From contig NIVC01000006.1 in assembly GCA_002269645.1 (NCBI GenBank), positions 248,001-312,000 of the forward strand: a DNA stretch of 64,000 nt, given 5' to 3'. Under the pieces are notes generated by a model. That model had not been told where the DNA came from, did no database searches, and was given only the letters and a program-made list of their open reading frames with translations. This DNA comes from Macrostomum lignano (lineage: Eukaryota). Each line of letters begins with the position of its first letter. Within the stretch, counting starts at the first letter, position 1. This document shows, piece by piece, positions 50,900 through 64,000 of this stretch. The position numbers were made by a program, and so were the translations under genes.

Positions 50900-51918
50900 A
50901 CTCATCTGTAGGATCTGAGAGAGTGACGGGTTCATCCACCTGTAGGATTTGGGAGAGTGACCCACCTGAAAGATCTGGAAGAGCGACCCACTTGTAGGAT
51001 CTGGGAGAGTGACCCACCTGTAGGATCTGGGAGAGTGACGGGTTCATCCACCTGTAGGATCCGGGAGAGTGACGGGTTCATCCACCTGTAGGATCCGGGA
51101 GAGTGACGGGTTCATCCACCTGTAGGATCCGAGAGAGTGACGGGTTCACCCACCTGTAGGATCCGAGAGAGTGACGGGTTCACCCACCTGTAGGATCCGG
51201 GAGAGTGACGGGTTCACCCACCTGTAGGATCCGGGAGAGTGACGGGTTCACCCACCTGTAGGATCCGGGAGAATGACAGGTTCACCCACCTGTAGGATCC
51301 GGGAGAATGACAGGTTCACCCACCTGTAGGATCCGGGAGAATGACAGGTTCACCCACCTGTAGGATCCGAGAGAGTGACGGGTTCACCCACCTGTAGGAT
51401 CTGGGAGAATGACAGGTTCACCCACCTGTAGGATCCGGGAGAATGACAGGTTCACCCACCTGTAGGATCCGAGAGAGTGACGGTTTCACCCACCTGTAGG
51501 ATCTGGGAGAATGACAGGTTCACCCACCTGTAGGATCTGGGAGAGTGACCCACCTGTAGGATCCGGGAGAGTGACAGGTTCACCCACCTGTAGGATCTGG
51601 GAGAGTGACCCACCTGTAGGATCCGGGAGAGTGACGGGTTCACCCACCTGTAGGATCCGGGAGAATGACAGGTTCACCCACCTGTAGGATCCGGGAGAGT
51701 GACGGGTTCACCCACCTGTAGGATCCGGGAGAATGACAGGTTCACCCACCTGTAGGATCCGGGAGAATGACAGGTTCACCCACCTGTAGGATCCGGGAGA
51801 ATGACAGGTTCACCCACCTGTAGGATCCGGGAGAATGACAGGTTCACCCACCTGTAGGATCCGGGAGAATGACAGGTTCACCCACCTGTAGGATCCGGGA
51901 GAATGACAGTTCACCCAC
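50900..51918. repeat. 34-bp minisatellite (cacctgtaggatccgggagagtgacgggttcacc), ~30 copies
   Basis: Direct tandem units, some with an internal deletion. Confidence 0.97.
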
Positions 51919-52687
51919 CAAAGTAAAGCTAGTCAAAGTAAATATATTTAAACAAGCATAGATCCTGTAGACCAACTTGGCAGAAAAATTTATAGATCAT
52001 AAAGGCTGCATCTGAATGATACTCGTAGATGTACAAACTAGAAACAGTAAACCACAGGTGCAACAGTGTATTGCGCCAAATACAAGCAGCCAATTAATTA
52101 TATATATATATTTTTGCTTTACAAAGCAATCTAAAAAGATTTGTTGCAGAGGCAGAAAAGTGAATGGAAAAATATGCAATGCGCAAGTGTACACGCATAA
52201 TTTATACCAAGGGCCTATTAAATTTCAAACAAAAATCTACATACATTCTTATAATATTACTGATGACAGAGAAACAGTAGTATGTAATGAAGATAAAGGT
52301 GAAACTTTTGTTAAATACTCAACTACTTTTTACTAGAAACTCAACCTTTTATAAATACTTCATATTAAATCCCGACAAAATTAAAGGAAACCAATAAAAT
52401 ATACAATCAACTTACACAAACGTCTCAACTCCTTGGAGTAAGTAGTTAATGTCAGTTTCGAAATCATACTTGTCATAACCTGCCACTATTTTGCAAAAAA
52501 TGTAATCGAAATGTCAAGACCAACTATGAGTTTTTTGTTTATAATTTACAATGCAAAAAGAACAGGAAATATTACAGAATAGTATAAGAACATTGTTCGG
52601 TTAAGAATTGTGTTAACAATGACACTTGTAATATTTAGGAACTTGCAGCAAAAACAGGAACCTAAACGCCTGTGGACAGTGCGGGCT

Positions 52688-53310
52688 GTGACTGAAGGCC
52701 TGAAGACAGAACGGGGCTGCGACTGAAGGCTCTGAGGACAGGGCGGGACTGTGACTGAATGTTTTGAGGACAGGGCGGGACTGTGACTGAATGTTTTGAG
52801 GACAGGGCGGGTATGTGACTGAAGGCTCTGAGGACAGGGCGGGTATGTGACTGAATGTTTTGAGGACAGGGCGGGACTGTGACTGAATGTTTTGAGGACA
52901 GGGCGGGTATGTGACTGAAGGCTCTGAGGACAGGGCGGGTATGTGACTGAATGTTTTGAGGACAGGGCGGGACTGTGACTGAATGTTTTGAGGACAGGGC
53001 GGGTATGTGACTGAAGGCTCTGAGGACAGGGCGGGTATGTGACTGAATGTTTTGAGGACAGGGCGGGACTGTGACTGAATGTTTTGAGGACAGGGCGGGT
53101 ATGTGACTGAATGTTTTGAGGACAGGGCGGGACTGTGACTGAATGTTTTGAGGACAGGGCGGGTATGTGACTGAAGGCTCTGAGGACAGGGCGCGACTGT
53201 GACTGAAGGCTCTGAGGACAGGGCGGGACTGTGACTGAAAGCTCTGAGGACAGGGCGGGACTGTGACTGAAGGCTCTGAGGACAGGGCGGGACTGTGACT
53301 GAAGGCTCTG
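52688..53310. repeat. 32-bp minisatellite (gtgactgaatgttttgaggacagggcgggact), ~19 copies
   Basis: Direct tandem units in two alternating variants. Confidence 0.97.
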
Positions 53311-54008
53311 AGAACGGGTATACCCTGCACATGCGTGCCTAACTATCAAGATAAAATAAGAACACAAAAATCAGATTAAAGCAGATTAGGTCTAGTTAAA
53401 GTCCAATAAACAAAATGCTGCTTAGTAATTCAATAACAACCAGATTTTGATTAAAATTGAATTCAATGTCAAATACAGTACAGCCATGTCACACACTACT
53501 TCGAGTATTATCTGGTGCATCCAGAGGGTCATTAAAAAGATTGATACCATGCCAATCTAAATTATAAAGGAAATTGATTGATAAATATCATATAATAAGA
53601 TTTACAAGGAAATTAGTTCGCTATTTTGCTTACTATTAAGTAGCAATCAATGGTTATTCGACAAAAATAGTTTGTTTTTGTTACTTTTTAAATAGGCGCC
53701 AAAATTCGGGTTATAGCTAGCAACAAACAAATTTACTGATTGATTTCTGACTGAAGTTTAGCGCCAATTTCATCCCAGGTACTAAAATAACTGTGCCACT
53801 CACAATTAAAAATGTTAACAGCAGAGCGTCTACTTATTCTTCAGTAGCTTGTCTGTGCAGTGTAACTTATTTTAATGTGAGAGTTATAATTTCCTTTCCT
53901 TCCTCGCAGGGTTTGTACTTTGTAGTCTCAAAAGCATATATGGGGTTGCGAATGAACAAGCATTTAACTCGATTAAACTCGGACACAAGTAAAGCAAGAC
54001 GGACGAAT

Positions 54009-55400
54009 CTCAGTCTAGGGGGGCAGGCCCAGTCTAGCTCAGCCAATGAGAGGGCAGTAAGGAGAGAGGCCCAAGTCAGACAGACGAAACTCAGTCTAGG
54101 GGACAGGCCCAATCTGGCTCAGCCAATGAGAGAGCAGTAAGGAGAGAGGCCCAAGTCAGACAGACGAAACTCAGAGCCTCTTCATATCGCCGGTTCGAAA
54201 AACGGAACCGGTTCCGAACCATAAATGCGCAACCCCGGGAATCACCCGGCCGTTTCTATTGGCAACACACATGTAAGTCGCTATTGGCTGAGAGCAGTCA
54301 CGTGACTACTATTCTGTCCAATATAGCGACACACGTGTGTGTTGCCAATAGAAACGGCCGAGTGAATCCCAAGGTTGCATCCAAGCATGCTCCGAACCGG
54401 TTTGACGCACATGAGCCTCTTCACGGCAATTGGTCTTAGAACCAGAATAAATTCGAGTTCTAGAACCAGAACCAGTGTGAAATGAGGAGCTTCGAACCCA
54501 TTTTATGTTTGACAGTCTTTACAATTTAATTTTGTCGTTCTTTGACTTTGTTTCCTCTTGGATATGACAAAAAAGGAATAATTATATAACAACAATAAAA
54601 AATTGACGATTTCAAATATATTTAACTGTTAAAGTGTAAACATGACAACGGTTCGAGAAAATTTCTCGAACCATATTCCAGAACCAGAACCATGTTCGTT
54701 CCGGAACTGATTCTGTTTTTCGAACCATCGATATGAAGAGCATCGAACCGGTTCGGAACCGGTTCCGTTTTTCGAATCGGCCATATGAAGAGGCTCCTTC
54801 GATATGATATGAATGATATGATATGATATGATATGATATGATATGATATGATATGATACGATATGATATGATTCGATATGAAGAGCATCGAACCGGTTCG
54901 GAACCGGTTCCGTCCCTCGAATCGGCGATATGAAGAGGCTCCTTCATATCGATGGTTCGAAAAACAGAATCAGTTCCGGAACATGGTTCTGATTCTAGAA
55001 TATGGTTCGAGAAATTTTCTCGAACCGTTGTCATGTTTACACTTTAACAGTTAAATATATTTGAAATCGTCAATTTTTTATTATTGTTATATAATTAGTC
55101 CTTTTTTGTCATATCCAAGAGGAAACAAAGTCAAAGAACGACAAAATTAAATTGTAAAGACTGTCAAACATAAAATGGGTTCGAAGCTCCTCATTTCACA
55201 CTGGTTCTGGTTCTAGAACTCGAATTTATTCTGGTTCTAGAACCGATTGCCGTGAAGAGGCTCTCAGTCTAGGGGACAGGCCCAATCTGGCTCAGCCAAT
55301 GAGAGAGCAGTAAGGAGAGAGGTCAAAGTCAGACACGAAACTTAGCCTATGGGGGCAGGCCAAATCTATCTCAGTCATCGAGAGAACAAACAGTAAGGAA
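54009..55400. repeat. ~80-bp tandem repeat (ctcagtctaggggacaggccc...gacgaaa) interrupted by a MITE
   Basis: Units start at 54009, 54090 and 54170. The third unit resumes at 55264 after the insertion. Confidence 0.85.
54174..55263. mobile_element. palindromic composite MITE with GAGCCTCTTCA termini and 3-bp TSD TCA (PIF/Harbinger-like)
   Basis: Starts gagcctcttca and ends tgaagaggctc, flanked by TCA at 54171-54173 and 55264-55266. Internal ~325-bp inverted arms at 54413-54738 and 54942-55263, with a central (ATATG)n tract. Confidence 0.8.
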
Positions 55401-55770
55401 AGAGAGAATTCAAAGTCAGAACACAAATCGGGCAAGAGGAAAGCTAAAACTGTTTATCGGCCTGGCTAGGGCCCGGGGCGCTACCCCTTTTCTCTCTTGC
55501 TCGCTGTACACACACAACTGGATTTGGGTGCAGCTTCAAACAGGATGAATTATGCCAACTTAATTGGTCAGCTTTTAGAAAGCCAAAACTTTAAATATAT
55601 TGTAAAATCTAATCGACTTCGAATTTTACGGTTTAATGTAAGGCAAAAAACGCTCATTTTTTCTACTGAAAAAGAGTAGATAGAAACGCATTTTCTGCAA
55701 GTAACACATCCAACTATTCTAGTTTTATTCAATAGATATTAATAGTAATAATCGTTATAATTTACACAGT

Positions 55771-58507
55771 TCAAGCCGTTGCCTCTTGACTTTGACCTTC
55801 TTTGTCATCCGACTCCGACTGCTGCTGAGACTGCAGCAGCAGCAGTTTGCTGGGATTAAAGTACAAATTCGAGGATCTGTACACCAGAGCCCAGATGTAC
55901 GGTATAAAGAACTCGTCTGGCGATTCCTCTTCAACGTATTTGTACTTTGGTTCGGGGAATTTTTTCAGCCTGTCCCGACGAAAGTTGCGACTTCGTTCTT
56001 CGATGACTCGCATGACCCGGTGCTCGGAGAGCTGATTCTGATGCTCAGAGCTGCTCTCACCCAGAGCCGAAGTGAAATGATGCATCACTGTGCCCAAGTT
56101 CTGCAGAATGTCTTGGAAAGCGGGGTGAGTAGAGAATGGCTGATACAGCTCCCTCTGGTGCAGCTGGGTATACACCAGGTGGGGATTCTCCGCCAACCGG
56201 TGGGTCAAAGCGTTATTAACAATCTCAAGGATGCAGCGCATCAGATCCTCAACTGAGGCCCGGTCAGCCTCCAGCTCAGCCATATTGGCTGGCCTACTCC
56301 GCATCTCATCAACCAGTTTCCTCTGCTTCTTGGCCAGGTGAGCGAACAGGCCAAGTAGCTTCTGACAGGCGTACGGATGCAGGCCGGCAAAGTACGTAGA
56401 CATGTTAGCCAGAGCTGCCAGGCAGTTGGTGTGCAGGTATTTATCGCGAGTCCGGCCAACATTCAGCTGAACAGTGCGGCAAAGTACAATGGCTAGCAGG
56501 CTGCCCAGAGACACCAAGCCAAGATGACGCTCGGTGAACCAGCCCGACACGCTGGCTGGCTGCAGCTGGATCTCGTGAACTCTGGTGCAGAACTGCTGGC
56601 ACTCGGTTAGCATTAGCAGTACGATTAGGGCCATGTACACCTGTCAGGCGGTTGGGGCTTTGTGATTAGGGTTAGTCCTACTGTTGGTCTGTCTGTCTCT
56701 GTGTTAGTTTCTGTCTTGTCTGGTTTTATTGTCTGTCCTTATTGTCCGTGTTGTCTTGTCTTTGTGCCTGTCCTTAGTGTCCGTGTTGTCTTGTCTTTGT
56801 GCCTGTCCTTAATGTCCTTGTTGTCTTGTCTTTGTGCCTGTCCTTAATGTCCTTGTTGTCTTGTTTTTGTGTCTGTTCTTAGTGTCCGTGTTGTCTTGTC
56901 TTTGCGCCTGTCCTTAATGTCAGTGTTGTCTTGTCTTAGTGCCTGTCCTTAGTGTCTGTGTCGTATAGTCTTAATGTCTGTTTGCCTGCCCTAGTGCTGT
57001 TTGTCTTGCCATATTGTCTATTTTGTCTTTTATTCTTGCCTGTTTGTCCGTCTTTTTTCCAGGTATCTCTCTGATTTGTCTTAGTGTCTCTTTTATTTAA
57101 TTTTAGTGTCTTCGAGCCTTAGTGTTTGTCTGTCTGTCAATCCGTGTTTAACCGCCCACCCCCGCCTCTCACCTGATGCGAGCTCTTCTGAGCCTCGGAG
57201 TGCAGAGTTCGCAGTATGGGCAGCAGCAGGCCAGCGAGCTGGGAGTCGTCTCCGCCCTGCCTGCCAACGTAGCCCCTGAACTGCAGACCACCGGCCGAGT
57301 GCAGCAGCAGATACAGCATCAACAGGGCTTCATCTCTAGGCAGCCTATCGCAGATGGCCTTCAACAATAGATTGAAATCTACTCGGAAACTAATCAGATT
57401 ACTAGCGGCTGATGACAAATGCTCAACATTGCCCGGATCATTGGCATGGGCGCAGCTGAGCAGGGCCTCTCGATAAGGATTGCGGAACCGCCTGGCCCCG
57501 GCGCAGTGATTTGCCAGCACCAGAGACAGCAGGCAGCTCTGATCGGCCAGCAGGCCAGTGCGGAGCTGAGCTCGCTGCTCAGCAGCCGGGTTGGAGCCGT
57601 AGCCCAGAGTGACCATGGACCACAGGCCGGATGCCAGACTATTATAAAGGCCGGCTGATCCACCAGCATTGACCAGCATTCTATCGGGAGCTGGCGGCCG
57701 CTGCACATAGTATTTCAATAGCACCTCCATCAGGCGGAAGGCGTGCATAGAGCAGCGGCCGGTGTACAGGATCTGGTAGAAGGTCAGCTTCTCAGCCGGC
57801 TCAGTTCGGTACATCTGAACGCTGAGCAGCACTAGAAGGCTGCACACACTTTCGTACACAACAGGAAATGTTGACTCGCGAACCGGGAGCACCACTAGCA
57901 AGTGTACAAGAGCTTCTATCAGCTCTTCAACCATGGTGGCGTCCGCCTCGGATGAGGAATTCGATTCGTCGCTTTCGTCACCGCTGTTGTCGTCCTCTTC
58001 AAGGTCGCGCTTGCTGGTGGCAGCTGAGGCGTCGCCCTGACTCTGGCGCTGCTGATTGAGCAGCCTTCGCTGATGCAGCTGCTTGTCTGGACAGTGCTCA
58101 ATCTGAGTCAGCAGCAACTCATCGCTCAATTGCTCAACCAGGTGTTTAATTATACAACGCGAGATGAACAGAGCATTGTAGAGCTGCATCAGGAATATGT
58201 CACTTTGACGCCCATCAGCCAGTGGTTCGAGTACAAACTGTTGCAGATTGGAAACCATGGTAACTAATACTCTGAGCAGGCTATTGAGATTGCCAGATGA
58301 GACATTATTAACAGTGAAAGTGGTTAGAAGGTTGGCCGTTTGTTCCTCGAGCAGTTTAGCATCTGTACTGGTGACTGGCGGTACAAAAGCATAGCTAAGC
58401 AGCTGGTTCCAATAGGGATCATTGCTGGAGATTGGCTGCTTGCCGCACAGTCGGATTAAGTACTCATTTGAGGACAGCTCTGCCAGTGAGCTACTGTTGG
58501 CACCCAT
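55771..58507 (-). CDS. DYM: Dymeclin, 734 aa, 2 exons
   Basis: Exon 1 is 57173-58507 (MGANSS..NEYL..L.G...IS.NDPYWNQLLSY; donor cag|gtgaga). Exon 2 is 55771-56640 (VYMALIVLLMLTE...RDKYLHTNCLAALANMS...LKKFPEPKYKYVEEESPDEFFIPYIWALVY). Phase 0 join SSHQ|VYMAL. Confidence 0.96.
56690..57000. repeat. 35-bp minisatellite (tgtctttgtgcctgtccttaatgtccttgttgtct) in the dymeclin intron
   Basis: About 8 degenerate units inside intron 56641-57172. Confidence 0.9.
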
Positions 58508-58989
58508 TGTGGCTGCAATGTTTTAGTGATAGCAAAATGTTACACTTTCATAATCTTGCTAAAGTCCCGATCAAATCCTTAGCTAAATGACTCAACTGAT
58601 TTTCATGAAACTTGCACTATTCAATCAGAAATTTTCTGAATTTTTTAGAAATTTTCTGAATTTTTAAAATTCTGATTGCATCATAACTGAATTGTGACTC
58701 AGACTTAAATTGTATCACAGTATTGAAAATATATTCTTTGGGGAATGCTAAGATGTCAAGGCTCATGGAAAATATCTCACATCAAGGCTTGGGAGGGATT
58801 GTTATAATGCATATGTCTCTAGAGAGAACTGATAAGATATCAAGAGCCCTTATTTTAGCCAAGGTCTAAACTGCACCAGATGCCTCCTTTTCCCATGCTA
58901 AACAATACCAACATGCTAGATTGCCAGACTATGCCTATACTGCTAGGGGCCTATCTATACTAGGCTTAGATATTGTCCACAATAATGTA

Positions 58990-59240
58990 ATGGTCATTGG
59001 CTACAATAAGGATGCCAAGACTTTTGGGAAAGAATTGCTAAGATGTCAAGGCTTGCTAAGGGAATTGCTAAGAGGTGAAGGCTTGCTAGAGGAATTGCTA
59101 AATATCAAGGCTTGCTAAGGGAATTGCTAAGAGGTGAAGGCTTGCTGGAGGAATTTCTAAGATATCAAGGCTTGCTAAGGGAATTGCTAAATATCAAGGC
59201 TAGAGAGATCTACTAAGATATCAAAAGGCTTGGGAGGAAT
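58990..59240. repeat. ~30-bp tandem repeat (aaggcttgctaagggaattgctaagaggtg)
   Basis: About 7 degenerate units upstream of dymeclin. Confidence 0.85.
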
Positions 59241-60149
59241 TGCAATGATGTCAAAGCAAATAAAATTCATATTTTTGTCTCTTGATTTTTGGCTACCCTA
59301 AAAGAGGGTACCAGATTGCTAGTATTATAAAAAATATATAATGATATGCATTACATTTAGTATTATAAATATTATAATATTAGTAATAGTTAAATAATAA
59401 GGCTATAAGTATTGTAATTAAAAATAGAGAAACATGTTTTAAATATATTGATACAATGGTAAATTCTAGTCTCTAGTGGTTCTTGTTATTGACCTTAACT
59501 AGATCAAACTTAATGTAAATGATTTTTTCTAATTTATACTTTGTATCCAGGGTTAGCCAATTCTAGCCTGCAGGCTATACTAGCCTACAAAGCCCCTCTA
59601 TCTAGGGCCTAGCCTTTAGGTCCTTTGTAACTTCACAAAAGCAATCTGGCCTACTCAATATTTGTCTCTTCTTTTTTTTTCTTTTTTCCATTTCTCTTTT
59701 CTCTCCTCTCCTATTTCAACTCTACCTATTTCATATTTTATCGTTTATTTTATCTTTTTCCTTTCTTCTGTTCTAGATATTGTCTTTTTTATTCTTTTGT
59801 CCTTCTTTCTCCCTATTAGAATAAGTAGACAAAAGGTGTCTGACCATCTATATCTATATTAATATCAAGGCAGTAGTGTTGCAATATGGTGCAGTTCTTA
59901 GGTAAATGGCAAGAGTAACTATGACTGTCTTATTAAAGCTAGAAGTTTCATTATTGAATTAGTACTTTGTCTATATTTGGTATAAAAGTTAACATGTTCT
60001 GTGTTACGTTGCATTTTTGAGCTATGATTCTAGACCCCATTTCATGTGTACATAGATTTTCTATACTTGTTCCAATAGGGTCTCTTTTCTTTTCCCTCTC
60101 TTCTCCTCTGGCCTTCAGCCAATGTCATGCACTAGCTACTAGTGATTAG

Positions 60150-61780
60150 CCATAGTCCAGATCATAGCGGGCATATGCCGGAATGAAAATTCATGTTTTT
60201 TCAATTTTATACTAATATATTATAAAAATAAAAAAATATTATGCTGAGCCTAGAGTTGCTTATAGGCCAATTTTTTAGAGACTATATTCTTAGAAATAAA
60301 AGAGTTTTACTAAACATCATAACAGCATTTTTTTGCTAAAAACTGATATTATTTGTTTTAATTTTGTTTTTCTCATAAATTGCATTAATATTTTTATTTT
60401 AGTTTTTGATTATTTTTAAAAGAGCTCAAATGTGTATGCCAACTATGGGTCCTAGTCATTTTGTCAACTGGCCATTTCATCAACTCAGTTTTTGCATTGG
60501 TCATTTTATCAACTAGCCAATGAAGCAGTCTCAAACCTCGGTCACTTTGTCAACTGACCAACGGGGAGTTCCCCAACATTGGTCACTTTGACAACTGACA
60601 ATAAACTACCCCCATGGCTGCAAAACAACTAAAACTTGTAACTAAAACTAAAACAACAGCTTGTAATATTGTATATATGCTCAGCTCACTCACTCACCTG
60701 AACAGGGTTTTAAATGTACATCCCTCCTATGTACAGCTGCTTATCAGTTTTATCAGACTGAGAAAAATAAACTTAAAAGACAAACTTGCATTGCATTACA
60801 CACTAATTTTTGGACTGACCAAGAGCCCAGAGGCTTAAAACCGGTAGCCTATATACTTGTACTAAATTTTAACACTTCTCTCTTTCAACCTTTTTCTCTT
60901 TCTCCCCCCTCTCTCTCTTTCACTTTCTCTATATCTCTCTCTCATATCAGGCATTTACTAGCATTGGCAGCATACAATTCCTCCAAAAGACCTTGTTCAT
61001 CCCCCTCTACTAGCTTGTGCATGATATGCTTCGAGAGCATTACTGGATATCAAGATTTGCTGTGGGGGATCAGCTTTGGTTGACTGTGCACAGCAGGGTA
61101 GAGGGGTGGGAAGGCGCACACTATAATCCACCAATTTTTACGATTCCACAAGGGACTATTAGCAGTCCTCCCAATGCGTTTTGATAGTATGAATGCCCAC
61201 CATGTATGTGAACACATGTACTATATGCAGATTGCATAAAACACAAATGCTCAAGATTCATTGATGCCCGGACATATATGAGTATGAGTATGTATAGGTG
61301 ATGCATTTGAATCTAGAATATTCGCATCGGAATATTTAACCTATTAACCTACATCTATAATGGGCAAGCAATTAACATTTATACTGTACACTATAACAAA
61401 ATTGCAAAGTTTGATCATTTCAAATAAAATTAGGTAATTATTAAAACAAATTCATTGATATAACAACTATTGTAAGCTATGCTGCTATATGAACTACATA
61501 TCATTCATATAATGACAATTTTGGTCATTTTGTCAACAAGCAAATGAGGAGGACCTAGGCACTTGTCACTTCGTCAACCACCAGTAAAGTTGCCTTAATA
61601 CTTTGGTCACTTAGTCAACCGAGTTGACGAAATGCCACTTGATGAAATGACCATCAATTGCCAACTATGCATATTTCATATTGAATCTAAAAATTCTATG
61701 CCAAATGTATGCTAAGATTGTTAGCAAGAGCAAAAATATGCTGGAATTTTCTGGCATAAAGACCATCTTCTAGACTATGG
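60150..61780. mobile_element. CCATAGTCYAGA-family MITE interrupted by a nested insertion
   Basis: TIRs ccatagtccaga / tctagactatgg, flanks gtgattag / gtaatttg (6 of 8 match). The two halves align with 15506-15947. Confidence 0.65.
60448..61658. mobile_element. 1.2-kb non-autonomous Mutator-like element with long TSD
   Basis: Flanked by tgccaactatg at 60437-60447 and 61659-61669. Imperfect TIRs and subterminal gtcatttt/cgtcaac repeats. The paralogous empty site near 15820 has only one copy of the target. Confidence 0.7.
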
Positions 61781-64000
61781 GTAATTTGTATTTGTATTTC
61801 TGTAATTTTTAATTTATAAATTTGTAATTTATATTGTATTTCTCTGCCTGCTAAAGCGTGCTACCTTACCTTAATTAGCATATATGCCTAACCTCAAAAT
61901 TTCACTTGTCTAGTGCAACTTAGTTTTGTCCAGATTTGCAACTTATAGGTCCTTCTAATTGCAACTTAGTTCCTCTCAATCATAACTTAATTCCCTTGAT
62001 TGCAACTTAATTTTCATTTTGTATATGACTTTTCTTGCCTTTTTCTTTTTTTCTTTTTCCTTTCTCCTTTCCCTTCTCTTTTTTCTCTTTCCTTTTTTCT
62101 TTTTCTCTTCCTTTCTTTTTTTCCATCAATTTTTTCATTTTTTGGATTTTCAATTTTGCAATTTTGAAACTGCAAAATTGCCAGCAGCCATTTCACCTGT
62201 CCACTTTAGATAGGTCAGATAGGTATTAGGCATGTGCATGTATGGTAATTAGGTTCTCTATCTAGTATCTGGCCACTAGGATAAAAATTTTGTAGAGCAA
62301 AGGCCTACCTCTGCTCTATATACTAATATAGGCCTAGCCTCACATTATTATCTACACACTTACATAAAGTTATGTCGTAGGGCTCTGTCTCTCTATAAAA
62401 TCTCAATTGCTAACACCAAAGTTGTACCAGGCCTTTTGACTCCCTATGAGAATCCCACTAAATGCCACCAAAAGCTGTCCTAGGGCTCTTATTTATTCTT
62501 TTGTTTAGCCTTACTTGCTGCCACCAAGCTGTTGCAGGGGTTATTCCTTCTTGTTAATATTGCTGGTTATTACTTGCCCTTTACTCGTAGTGCATGTACT
62601 TCTATTGGTAGCATCTGTATTTCTATTGGTAGCGTATGTACTTTTATTGGTAGCGTCTGTACTTCTATTGTACTTTCTGGCCTGAGCGGTCCTTTTAGGC
62701 ACTGTCTATCCTATTCCTATATTCGTCTAAAGATATTATTCTCTCAGTCCTGGGCGTTCCCGGGATCAGAGGGTCACAGCGCACTTCGCTGGGTATTCTG
62801 CCCTGAGGCAGGTTTCTCAGACTCTAGGCCTGGATTTCTCTACCCTGTGGTAGAAATTCTGCCTTCTAAAGGCGGGTTACTAGACTCCTAAGTCTAGTGT
62901 TTCTCGTCCTCTGAGAACGGACTGAACTCCTAATCTTGGGGCAACTCTTATGTCATTATCCACTACTCGAAATAAGTAACACAAGTGCTCACAAGCCCAA
63001 GGCTGATTTAAAGCTTGATCAATGGTACAAGAAAGGTTCACAAGGTTCACCAGATGATGCGAGGTATATTTATTTCTGCTCCTAGCTGACTCCTATTTAT
63101 AGTAAAATTTTCTTAGTATTTAAAACAAAGTATAGAATATTTGGAATATTTTGTATATAAGAAATATTTTCAATATTCGCAGAGTTAAACAACAGTAATA
63201 CATTTTTTAAATTCAACTTTTCTAAGAACTTTCCATAAAAACTGGAGGCCTATTATAGTTAGTTACTCAAGAAATGATAGTATAGTCCTATAAGCATTTG
63301 TTTTACATGTTAAATAGAACCATTGTGCTATTTATATTGTCACCATAGCAATAAATAGGCCTAGCAATTGGCCAACTGAAAAATTAAATAATAGACAGCT
63401 TGTTCTCTAAAATAGAGTTTTTTCTAATGCATATAACTTTGGCAATTGTTTTTTACTCATTACTGACATGACACTAAACTGACAAAATATGATAGGTAAT
63501 TAGCCTATTATTCTACTAGATGATTTTTTTAAACCAAAAGTTTAATTTTATTGGTGCTGGCAAAATTATAACTGAATAAGCACTGTCATTACATTACAAT
63601 TCTTGATATGTTGTCGTGGTTGCATTTTCAACCTTATGCGTATGGCTTGACCGGGCTTGAGTTGAGAATTTAGTTTCAGTTTCAGATAATCAGATAAAAA
63701 GTAAACAGTAAAGTAATCATTCCGACATTTGTATCTGAGAAAATGTAAGTAGAAAAAAGAAAAAATTAAAAAAAAATAACTTACTTTAATATACTACTTG
63801 CTATATAGTATACTGGATAGGCCTTTTAGATTGAGCCTTTTCGAATTCAGGGAATGTTTGCCGTAAATCGAATTGGATGCCTAACGCTAACGTTAACGTC
63901 GACTATATAGCTTTGTAGAAAAAGGTAAATTTAAAAAAATTACATATTACGTACGATGTAGAATAACACTACGCATGTTATCAGAAAATATATGCATATA

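Noticed and set aside
50900-53310. 32-37 bp repeat arrays resembling CRISPR arrays in unit length
   Set aside because: The units are directly adjacent with no unique spacers, there are no cas genes and the context is eukaryotic.
62690-62930. GC-richer stretch that might be a decayed LTR gag fragment (minus strand)
   Set aside because: Several stops, only vague motif similarity, and no LTR or pol nearby.

Overview
Eukaryotic (metazoan) genomic DNA with no prokaryotic, rRNA or CRISPR features. GC-rich genes alternate with AT-rich, CpG-depleted transposon debris (about 14-27 kb and 58.5-64 kb), and about 20 unrelated minisatellites are present. This style resembles a free-living flatworm such as Macrostomum, but that assignment is inference only. 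Confidently recognised genes, with exon models built by hand from splice sites and phase: a Phactr (RPEL/PP1-binding) gene, UBL4A/GET5, SRP14 (3 exons, 8.9-kb intron 1), beta-tubulin (2 exons) and dymeclin (2 exons). A divergent class A GPCR is also present. Less familiar genes: two tandem single-cysteine-rich-domain membrane proteins whose Cys spacing matches the BCMA/TACI TNF receptors, a myristoylation-motif microprotein, a cupin-like protein and a 132-aa orphan. The most notable mobile element is a young, ORF-intact Chapaev-like DNA transposon (17575-20543; ~127-bp TIRs; TGGA target duplication). Its 686-aa transposase has RAG1-like N-terminal and catalytic zinc motifs, and it sits inside a decayed hAT-like element inside SRP14 intron 1. 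There are also three copies of a tRNA-derived SINE with a MIR/CORE-like domain, several MITE families with nested insertions and a 1.1-kb palindromic composite MITE. Old repeats show CCGG->CCAG/CTGG/CTAG decay that suggests germline CpG methylation. Most long ORFs in the supplied track are minisatellite artefacts.
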